From Candidatus Micrarchaeota archaeon (lineage in GTDB: Archaea; Micrarchaeota; Micrarchaeia; Anstonellales; Anstonellaceae): DNA of 12,660 nt. Position numbers and translations under genes: made by a program. This document shows, in pieces, positions 1 through 6,965 of this stretch; position 1 is the stretch's first letter; every line of letters begins with the position of its first letter. Where the stretch lies: assembly GCA_013331805.1 (NCBI GenBank), contig DUFS01000050.1, positions 7,562 through 20,221 of the forward strand. Reading direction: 5' to 3'. A model generated the notes under the pieces. That model had not been told where the DNA came from. It made no database searches and saw only the letters and a program-made list of their open reading frames with translations.

Positions 1-763
1 AGGAAAAACTCAAAAAGGTAGCGGCAGCTTTGCCAGGAAAGGTCAGGAAGCTTGCAGACTATGCGCTGTTCAAGCTTGGCAAGAACGCCCAGCACATCAC
101 GCCCGCAGTGCAGGATGACAAATTTGAGAGGTGGGTTGCTTCTGTGGAAAAATTCCCGGTGTTATTCAGGGGCTGGCAGATGCAGAATTCTGATAAGGAA
201 ACAGTGGAGATTAATCTTGTTGTGAGTGAAGAATTTTTTGAGAACAGGGAGGGCAGGCTGGAAAGGCGCCTTTGCGGATTTTTCACCAACCTTCCTGAAA
301 AGCGCTACAGGGACAGGCCTGAAATCATAGCTGAGATGTACGGCAGGCGCTGGGGGATCGAAACTGCGCATCGCTGCGAGGATGAGTTCAGGATAAAATC
401 AACCTCTGTGAGCGGCATTGTGAGATACCTCTACTTTGTGGCCAGCATACTGGTTTACAATCTGTGGGTTTACCTCAACCTGCTGTTCTGCGAAAATGTT
501 GCAGAATACAGGATAACCATCAAGAAGGACATTGTCAGGCTGCTGTCCAGCATGCTCTTTGGCAGATTTTTGATATGAGCGCCTTGCACAGGTGCGGGTT
601 GGTTAGAGGAAACCCTGCGCAGATGTCCATTTTTGACTGTTTTTGGCTGCCTGCAGAAGCTGGAGGGCAGCACTGGAGCGCTGCCCTGAACAGAAAAAAA
701 GCGGCAAAAGAGAGAATTTTTGGGCTTTTCAGGTGCCGCTTTTATTTACTTTCGGATCTACTG
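1..763 (+). mobile_element. ISH3-family insertion sequence, right-hand part (left end outside window)
   Basis: Transposase C-terminus at 3-578, then a non-coding tail ending ...TTTCGGATCTACTG at 763. Its reverse complement CAGTAGATCCGAAA begins with the CAG terminus typical of ISH3 IRs. The partner IR and target duplication cannot be seen, so the 763 boundary is inferred. Confidence 0.7.
3..578 (+). CDS. DDE transposase, ISH3 family (IS4-like), 5'-partial
   Basis: Frame is open from the window edge (EKLKKVAAALPGK...). Contains FFTNL, then YGRRWGIETAHR, which is the Y-(2)-R-(3)-E-(3)-R signature of ISH3, followed by STSVSGIVRYLYFVASILVYNLW. Confidence 0.85.
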   Translation, partial: EKLKKVAAALPGKVRKLADYALFKLGKNAQHITPAVQDDKFERWVASVEKFPVLFRGWQMQNSDKETVEINLVVSEEFFENREGRLERRLCGFFTNLPEKRYRDRPEIIAEMYGRRWGIETAHRCEDEFRIKSTSVSGIVRYLYFVASILVYNLWVYLNLLFCENVAEYRITIKKDIVRLLSSMLFGRFLI

Positions 764-772
764 TAGCACTCC

Positions 773-2113
773 ATGGAATCCGACTTCCGCAAGCCCCTAT
801 TCAAACTTATAAAGCACGTTTGCGGGAAAAAGCAAAGCGCATGCGCGGTCGTAATGCCTTCCGCCGATTCTGTCGAGCTTTTGGAGGCGCACCTGAAAAA
901 GCTTTGCAGCCAGACCACCTCCGATTTTGATGTCGTCATCGTAGGGAAGCCGCCTATAAAAGTCCCGCAAAGGCTCAATGTACTGGTCTTCAGGGAGCTG
1001 CATGCCCTAGGCTCTTCGGGAGGTTTTGGCGTCGGGCAGGCGCTTGCATATTCACTTGGCTATGACTACGTGATAAACGCCGATGCTGACTGCTTGCCTG
1101 TCTCTGCCAATCTCATTGAGCGGCTGGTGGAATGCGCAAGGGACGAAGGCATCGCCATCTTCCCCCAGAACATTGAATATGGTGGCGGCGAAGAGAGGGG
1201 GTGCAGCAACCAGTATGGCATAGTGAACAGGAACTTCCTTGAAAAGGTGGGCTTCCTGCAATTCACCCTCTACCGAGGCTCTGAAGATTATGACATGTAC
1301 GAACGGCTGAAGATGGAAGGCCTTTCCAGGGCCGAGATGACTCTTTTCATCCGCCACAAAACAGAGAATCTGAATTACATCCCGCTGCTTCTGAACAGGA
1401 ACAACAAGTACATCTACTACAAAAGGAGCTTCGTGGCTGCAAACATACTGCTTGCGCATTACGCTTTCAGCAAGTTCCGACTGCTGCGCGGATTGGGGTA
1501 TTTCCTCAAGGCGCTTGCCGAGGCAGTCAAGACCCAGCTTTTCTACTCACAGTATCCCGAGATAACGCGTGCTGTTTATGACGCGCTTCTGGCAAAGCAA
1601 GACTCGGTATTTGTGGCAAGGACAAGCCAGATAAAGACAATCGTGCAGGAAAATGGGATGCCGCGGGCAGTGCTGGCAATTGATGGCGAGGGCGGGGCTG
1701 CAGGCAGGAGCGCTGTTTTTTTCGCCCAAAAAAAGGAGCCGCTTGCTGCGTTGCGCCTTGCCTGGCAGCTTGTTTCGCTTAACTTCAAAAGCTGCGACTT
1801 TTTATGCCCCAGCAGGGCATTCATGATGGAGTACGAGCGAATGGTGCCAATACTGCTCTGGATTAAGCCGGTGAAATATACTGACGGCTGCATATACACT
1901 TCGGGAATGGGCAGGCTGGCAGTCATTGCCAATATTGCAAAGACTGCACTCTTAATTCCGGCATTTGCGGTGGTATTAGCGGTAAGCATTGCCTCTGTGA
2001 GCGGCAGGCGCCACCCAATAACCCTTTCTAACCTTGCGGAAAATCTGGATGAATTCATAGGTTATGTGATGAAACTTGATGCTGAGGGAAGGAAACTCCG
2101 CGGAAGGCTGTGA
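773..2113 (+). CDS. GT2-like (GT-A fold) glycosyltransferase with hydrophobic C-terminal extension, paralogue A
   Basis: AVVMPS beta-strand, LGSSGGFGVG..AY..GYDY, DxD motif (ADAD), RGSEDYD acceptor-site motif, KYIYYKR, and a hydrophobic segment near the C-terminus (ALLIPAFAVVLAVSIASV). 446 aa. Confidence 0.8.
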   Translation: MESDFRKPLFKLIKHVCGKKQSACAVVMPSADSVELLEAHLKKLCSQTTSDFDVVIVGKPPIKVPQRLNVLVFRELHALGSSGGFGVGQALAYSLGYDYVINADADCLPVSANLIERLVECARDEGIAIFPQNIEYGGGEERGCSNQYGIVNRNFLEKVGFLQFTLYRGSEDYDMYERLKMEGLSRAEMTLFIRHKTENLNYIPLLLNRNNKYIYYKRSFVAANILLAHYAFSKFRLLRGLGYFLKALAEAVKTQLFYSQYPEITRAVYDALLAKQDSVFVARTSQIKTIVQENGMPRAVLAIDGEGGAAGRSAVFFAQKKEPLAALRLAWQLVSLNFKSCDFLCPSRAFMMEYERMVPILLWIKPVKYTDGCIYTSGMGRLAVIANIAKTALLIPAFAVVLAVSIASVSGRRHPITLSNLAENLDEFIGYVMKLDAEGRKLRGRL

Positions 2114-2114
2114 T

Positions 2115-3224
2115 ATGTCTAAAACGCTTTCGATTTGCATACCGACATTCAACCGGATGGAAAAACTGGACAGGGTGCTTTCTCTGCTCGCGGACGAACT
2201 GAAGGGAATGAAAGGGAAGGCAGAGGTATGCGTTTCTGACAATGCTTCCGAGGACGGCACCCAGGAAGTTTTGAGAAAATGGGCTGGCAGGCTGCCTCTT
2301 GAAAGCAGCAGGAACGATGAGAACCTCGGCTATGATGTAAACCTCCTCAAGTCGCTGCAGCTTGCAGGCGCGCATTTTGCCTGGTTTCTGAGCGACGATG
2401 ATGAGCTGGTGCCTGGCGCGGTAAAGCGGATTGTGCTTGATTTGGAGAAGAACAGGGGAACCGGATTTGGGGCGGCATTTTTCAATATAGAAGACAGAAA
2501 CGGCATTCCCATGATCAAACTTGGCTTCAAGGATTTTTCAGTCTTTGGACTCAAGAGGAGCGGGCTCGGTCTGGACATAAATTCCATCAGCACGGTGATA
2601 GTGGACAGGGAAAAGGCGATGCAGGTAATAAAGGAAGACGTCAGAATTGACGGGTGCAGCCTGTACAAGAAGAAGCTTGGGGGCTATGTGTTCGACATTT
2701 ACTTCCAGACATATCTCTTTCTTGAATGCGCTGCGAAGGCTGGAAGATTTGCGGTAGCACCATACTGCGGCATCAGAACAAGGGGCGAATCCAGGCAGAT
2801 TACCTATGAGAACAAGATGCACCGCGACCTGATTGGCCTTAAGTACAGGTATGATTTTAAGAAGTACTACGGCTGGTTCAATCCGGGCCCGCCCAGGTAC
2901 AATATCGGCTCCTACTTCATATGGTCCTTGATAGTCAATGAAAGGCCAGACCTGCGCAGGGCATTTGAGGCTGCCTGCCGCCTTTTCGCTTATCTTCTGA
3001 AAAGGGACGGGTATTGGTGGCAGGCAGCACTAGTCAGCATGCTTTACAAGCTCGAGAGAATCGGACCTCTTGCACCGCCATTTGGAGCCATGGAGCGCCT
3101 AGTGTTCAAGAGGCTGCTTGGCAAAACCAAGCTGATAAAAAACGTGCAGGATCAGGACTCTGCCCAGAAGAAAAATCTCGAGCTTTTGGTTTCTGTGGTG
3201 GAAAAGTTGGATGACGCGCGTTGA
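2115..3224 (+). CDS. GT2 glycosyltransferase resembling RfbV/WbaV abequosyltransferase
   Basis: Start chosen at ATG 2115, 1 nt after the upstream stop. Motifs LSICIPTFNR, EVCVSDNASEDGT, RNDENLGYDVN, AWFLSDDD. The N-terminal 110 aa follow the pattern I recall for RfbV-type enzymes. Confidence 0.85.
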   Translation: MSKTLSICIPTFNRMEKLDRVLSLLADELKGMKGKAEVCVSDNASEDGTQEVLRKWAGRLPLESSRNDENLGYDVNLLKSLQLAGAHFAWFLSDDDELVPGAVKRIVLDLEKNRGTGFGAAFFNIEDRNGIPMIKLGFKDFSVFGLKRSGLGLDINSISTVIVDREKAMQVIKEDVRIDGCSLYKKKLGGYVFDIYFQTYLFLECAAKAGRFAVAPYCGIRTRGESRQITYENKMHRDLIGLKYRYDFKKYYGWFNPGPPRYNIGSYFIWSLIVNERPDLRRAFEAACRLFAYLLKRDGYWWQAALVSMLYKLERIGPLAPPFGAMERLVFKRLLGKTKLIKNVQDQDSAQKKNLELLVSVVEKLDDAR

Positions 3225-3245
3225 GGGCGAAATGCAGGTGTCTTG

Positions 3246-4610
3246 ATGCAGGAATACGAAAAAATCCTCCGCAAGATGGTTGAGCGCAGGTCGGGCATGA
3301 AGAAAAATGACGCCGCCGTCCTTATACCTAGCGTGAACCAGGGCCAAGTGATGGCTGAGCACCTGCGAAGGCTTGCTAGGCAGACCACCGCCAAGTTCGA
3401 CGTGCTGGTGCTCGGGGACTACAGCGGCCCGGTCCCAAAGGAGCTGAACTTGATATTGTACCGCGAAAAATACCCGCTTGGCTCCTCAGGGGGCTTTGGA
3501 ATCGGGCAACTGCTTGCCTATTCGCTCGGCTACAGGCACGTCATCAGCACGGACACGGACTACCTTCTGGTCTCAAGAGACGCCATAGAGAGACTTGTCG
3601 CATCTGCTGAGAGACAGAAAAAGGCAGTCTTCCCCATTCCGCGGCTGGCTGACGGGAGGGAAGACAGGCATCTTACCACCATGAACCGCTATGCCCTGGT
3701 GCCGCGCGAGGTGATGGAAAGCGTTGGGTTCGAGTATGTGCCGTTCTTCAAAGGCGGAGAGGATCGCGATTACCACGACCGGCTGGAGGATGCACGGGCG
3801 GTGGCATACGAGGGTCCGATCAGTATCGAGGAGGCAACTTTGCACAAGCCAACCTCGTGGTTTGACATTTCAGTTGAGGGCACAAAGCACATCTATTATT
3901 TCCGGTCGAAGTTTTCCTGCTATGCGCTTTCGATTTACTCCTCCCTTGCGCATGGCAAGCTTTCTAGGGCTGCCGGCTTTTTCGCGATACTCTGCTACAT
4001 GTCCTGCTATTTTTTTGCCATTTCTTTCCTGAGGATGAACTCGATGTTGGGAATTATGCTCGACGGCATCAGCCTCAACCTCGCAGCCCGCTACGGCAAA
4101 TCGATGGTATTCGAGATACCCCGACTTGAGAAAACCAAGGGGATGGTACCGATAAGGCTCGACGCAGGAAGTAAAGCTGGCGCAGTAGGAAACATTTATC
4201 CTGAAAGGGACCATGCTGGAAAAGTAGGAATTGGCGCAGTGAGAGTAATGCCAGACAAGCTGCAGCTGGCTCTTGCATTCCTTTCTATAATATCGAAAAG
4301 GGGGGATTATTTTGCGCCTAGCAAAAAGTTCGTCTCGAACTATTACAGCCTGCTTCTGCCCATGCTGGTCTTCAAGCCGGTGAAATACCTTGATGACAGG
4401 CTCTACGGCTGGAAGCCGAGTGCACTCTATCCGCTCGAGATACTCGCAGCGCTACCGCCCTTTTTCCTGTTGGCGATGCTTTCGCTGCTCTTTGGCATGT
4501 TCAGGATGCTGATTTTGGGGGACTACCCACCAATGCCGCAAAACGTTGGCAGGATGCTCCTGAATTTCCATCGCGCCGCCTCCAAGTCGGGACGCAATGT
4601 ACGTGTTTAG
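3246..4610 (+). CDS. GT2-like glycosyltransferase, paralogue B; extreme C-terminus replaced by IS66 insertion
   Basis: ATG 3246 preceded by AGGTG. Colinear with 773..2113 (QTT.xFDV, LGSSGGFGIGQ.LAYSLGY, DxD = TDTD, GGEDRD, KHIYYFR, KPVKY). The last 3 codons and the TAG stop lie inside the IS terminal repeat. Confidence 0.8.
   Translation: MQEYEKILRKMVERRSGMKKNDAAVLIPSVNQGQVMAEHLRRLARQTTAKFDVLVLGDYSGPVPKELNLILYREKYPLGSSGGFGIGQLLAYSLGYRHVISTDTDYLLVSRDAIERLVASAERQKKAVFPIPRLADGREDRHLTTMNRYALVPREVMESVGFEYVPFFKGGEDRDYHDRLEDARAVAYEGPISIEEATLHKPTSWFDISVEGTKHIYYFRSKFSCYALSIYSSLAHGKLSRAAGFFAILCYMSCYFFAISFLRMNSMLGIMLDGISLNLAARYGKSMVFEIPRLEKTKGMVPIRLDAGSKAGAVGNIYPERDHAGKVGIGAVRVMPDKLQLALAFLSIISKRGDYFAPSKKFVSNYYSLLLPMLVFKPVKYLDDRLYGWKPSALYPLEILAALPPFFLLAMLSLLFGMFRMLILGDYPPMPQNVGRMLLNFHRAASKSGRNVRV
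4591..4598. repeat. 8-bp target-site duplication GACGCAAT (left copy)
   Basis: Identical to 6036-6043 and directly abuts the IR. Confidence 0.95.
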
Positions 4611-6035
4611 GTTCTGAGAGCGGCCAGTAATTCTTCTCTTGAGTTTCTGCCCTGCGCGTGCCATGTTGCACACATTGAGGAAAGCGTTGTCTGAGTGTCT
4701 GCCCCTTTCTGACACCTCAATGTTCCGATTATCTTACGTATGACTATCAGTTCACGCAATGCCTGCTCCGCCCTGTTGTTTGTTGGCTCAACGCCGGGGT
4801 GCAACACAAATGTCAGCCAGTGCGGCATGCCATTCTCAAGATAGGTGCTGAATTTTTTGAGTTGAGGGTGGGCTTTTGCCGCATCCAAAAGAATTCCAAG
4901 TTCCTCCATGCCCCACTGGAAAATTGCCCGTCTTCCTGCCTGAGAAGACGACAACGCCAGCTTTGTCTTCAAGTCGTGGAATGTCTTGCGTAAACCTAGG
5001 AGCAACGGCTTGAAAATTGCAAATTCTTTGGCTACCTCTTCAAGTTCCCTGATGAGGTGCGCCCAGCAGCGTTGCAACAACCCCCTGTTCTGGTATGCAG
5101 AAAAACCGTCGGCAACAATAATCCCTCCAAAGTCTTTTCCAAGAATTTCATCCACCACGCTGCCCGACCTGGTTCTTCTCATGACAAAGAGGATACCGCT
5201 GTCGGTTGCAAAAACCCACAGCCACCAATCCTCTCCATCAATTCTGAATGTTGTTTCATCACAATGGACTGATTTTGCCAACCTTATCCGGGTCTTCAGC
5301 TTCTCATATTCCGGCGCAACTGCGGTAGCAACCTTGCCTTCTATTTCAAGGAGAGTTGCGGGAGATATGCTGACTCCGTATTTCCTGGAAAGTGCTGCGC
5401 GTATTTTCCTGAATGGGAGCCTGTCCTCAACTTTCATTTCTGCGATCTCCGTCTGCAATTGAGGGCCAAACCTCCCAGCCTTTGGAAGGTCGGGATGGGA
5501 AGCTGCAATGTGCCTGCCGCACTTGCAGTTGTAGTGGGCTATCCTAAACTGGATGATTCTGAGCGGCGCAGGCGCTGGAATTTCTTCAATCGTTTTTGTC
5601 TCAAAAAAATCGGGTTCTCCAAGTGCCCGGTGACAGTCAGGGCACTTTTCTTCTGTCGCATCTATGCTCTCAGTTGGTTCTGGGGTTTCCCTTGTGGAGC
5701 CTTCATGCCCTGGTGGTCTGCCGCGCTTCTTTTCCTCTTCCTCGTCAGTATCATCCTCTTTCTGCTCCTTGAACCTCTGCTTTGATGGCGGCGTGTGTGC
5801 ATTTTCATAGGCTGCAAGACGATGCTTGAGCTGCTCTATTTCTCTGTGAGCTGCCAGCAGCTGCTTTTTGAGTTCCAGCACCTCTTCCTCGTGCTGCTTG
5901 CGCATCTGGTGCATCTCATGCCTAAGCTGCGCTATCTGGTGCAGATATTCTTCTTCGCCCATTCTGTCGCCAAGACGTAATTCTCAGGAAAAATTTATGC
6001 TTGCTTCGGTGTTTCGAGGTGAGCTAAACACGTAC
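4599..6035 (-). mobile_element. Complete IS66-family element, single-ORF ISBst12-like group, 1437 bp
   Basis: Perfect 12-bp terminal inverted repeats GTACGTGTTTAG (4599-4610) and CTAAACACGTAC (6024-6035), 8-bp direct repeats, and one TnpC-type transposase with no tnpA/tnpB. Confidence 0.95.
4607..5962 (-). CDS. IS66-family transposase (TnpC-like)
   Basis: N-terminal coiled coil, NAHTPPSK, KRGRPPGHEG, zinc finger CPDC...CKCG, catalytic HCDET, VADGF, QRCWAHLIR and EPTNNRAEQALR. Uninterrupted 451 aa. Confidence 0.95.
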   Translation of the reverse strand: MGEEEYLHQIAQLRHEMHQMRKQHEEEVLELKKQLLAAHREIEQLKHRLAAYENAHTPPSKQRFKEQKEDDTDEEEEKKRGRPPGHEGSTRETPEPTESIDATEEKCPDCHRALGEPDFFETKTIEEIPAPAPLRIIQFRIAHYNCKCGRHIAASHPDLPKAGRFGPQLQTEIAEMKVEDRLPFRKIRAALSRKYGVSISPATLLEIEGKVATAVAPEYEKLKTRIRLAKSVHCDETTFRIDGEDWWLWVFATDSGILFVMRRTRSGSVVDEILGKDFGGIIVADGFSAYQNRGLLQRCWAHLIRELEEVAKEFAIFKPLLLGLRKTFHDLKTKLALSSSQAGRRAIFQWGMEELGILLDAAKAHPQLKKFSTYLENGMPHWLTFVLHPGVEPTNNRAEQALRELIVIRKIIGTLRCQKGADTQTTLSSMCATWHAQGRNSREELLAALRT

Positions 6036-6043
6036 GACGCAAT
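6036..6043. repeat. 8-bp target-site duplication GACGCAAT (right copy)
   Basis: Identical to 4591-4598. Confidence 0.95.
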
Positions 6044-6082
6044 GTTCATTTAAATAGGCTGGAGGAGCTAATAGGGATTTGA
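6044..6082 (+). pseudogene. Orphaned native 3' end of glycosyltransferase paralogue B (VHLNRLEELIGI*)
   Basis: Removing the IS and one repeat copy joins ...GGA CGC AAT in frame to GTT CAT TTA AAT AGG CTG GAG GAG CTA ATA GGG ATT TGA. That stop lies 9 nt before the next ATG. Confidence 0.85.
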
Positions 6083-6091
6083 TGTGATAGC

Positions 6092-6868
6092 ATGACCGGC
6101 AAAAAAATCATCCTTGAGTGCGAGCGCGAAGTCGCAGTCGAATCGCCTGACCATTTGATGCCCTGGGGCACAAGGCGCGACAGCTCGAGAAACCATCGCT
6201 TCAACGAAAAGCTGTACAAAATCTATGGGAAGGAGTTTCCCTCCGTGCTGGACCTTGGCTGCTCGGGCGGGGGCTTTGTCAGAGACTGCCACGATGACGG
6301 CTGCCTAGCAGTCGGGCTGGAGGGCAGCGATTTTTCCAAAAAGCACAGGAGAGCCGAGTGGGCTTCAATACCAGACAACCTTTTCACCTGCGACATCACC
6401 AGAAGATTCCAGCTGTATATTGAGGGAGAGAGAAGGAAACGACCCATCAAATTCGATGTGATAACTTCCTGGGAGGTGATGGAGCACATCGCTGAAGAGA
6501 ACCTGCCCGCCCTTTTTGACAATGCAGCACGGCACCTTGCCAAGGGCGGCATGTGGATAATGAGCATAGCGAACTCAAGCGACGTGGTCAGCGGAGTCGA
6601 GCTCCACCAGACCATCCGCAGCAAGGCATGGTGGGTAGGAAGGCTGACTGGACACGGATTCATCCATGCGCCGGAAATGGAGGGGTACTTCTGCTCGCAG
6701 TACGTAAGGGGAAAATTCGACAATGACACCACTTTCCATGTGATTGTGACAAACGACAGAGCCAGGCTTCCGCCCATTCCCAGCCAGAGCATCTTCACCG
6801 TTGCCTCTGACTACTGGGTAGGCTCCAGGCCGCAGCAGCTGCTCCGAAGGTTCACATACGGCTGGTAG
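6092..6868 (+). CDS. Class I SAM-dependent methyltransferase (possible glycan O-methyltransferase)
   Basis: Motif I VLDLGCSGGGF, AVGLEGS, TCDIT, FDVITSWEVMEHI, HLAKGG. GTGAT RBS-like motif upstream. The substrate is inferred only from context. Confidence 0.85.
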   Translation: MTGKKIILECEREVAVESPDHLMPWGTRRDSSRNHRFNEKLYKIYGKEFPSVLDLGCSGGGFVRDCHDDGCLAVGLEGSDFSKKHRRAEWASIPDNLFTCDITRRFQLYIEGERRKRPIKFDVITSWEVMEHIAEENLPALFDNAARHLAKGGMWIMSIANSSDVVSGVELHQTIRSKAWWVGRLTGHGFIHAPEMEGYFCSQYVRGKFDNDTTFHVIVTNDRARLPPIPSQSIFTVASDYWVGSRPQQLLRRFTYGW

Positions 6869-6883
6869 GCGACCGCAGAGCAG

Positions 6884-6898
6884 CGGAAACTTTAATAT
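6884..6898 (+). promoter_or_regulatory. Archaeal-type promoter (BRE + TATA box) for the CDP-sugar operon
   Basis: CGGAAAC immediately followed by TTTAATAT, in the only sizeable non-IS intergenic gap (6869-6965). Confidence 0.6.
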
Positions 6899-6965
6899 TA
6901 GGAAAGGTCGTATTTTGACGCGAAGGCACAGCTGTGGGAGTGGCTGGAGCGGAAGGCTCGAAGAA

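Noticed and set aside
464..930. ORFs 464..766 and 643..930 as IS passenger genes
   Set aside because: They overlap the transposase or the GT in other frames, cross the putative IS end and show no protein-like motifs.
1716..1734. T7-CGCCC-A7 tract as phase-variation site or hairpin (also T7 at 4010-4016)
   Set aside because: Seven-base A/T runs are short and common here, the frames are intact, and the stem would be A-T only.
2076..2114. Longer ORF-track starts (2076, 6915, 7717, 10143, 12580)
   Set aside because: The extensions overlap neighbouring genes or the promoter region and precede the family-typical N-termini. Downstream ATGs fit better.
4591..4600. Apparent 10-bp direct repeat GACGCAATGT (also 6036-6045)
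   Set aside because: The extra GT in the left copy belongs to the IR (GTAC...). Symmetric IRs and the IS66 norm give an 8-bp duplication.
1..6035. Composite transposon carrying the three glycosyltransferases
   Set aside because: The flanking elements are from different families with unrelated ends, and the IS66 has its own target duplication, showing an independent insertion.
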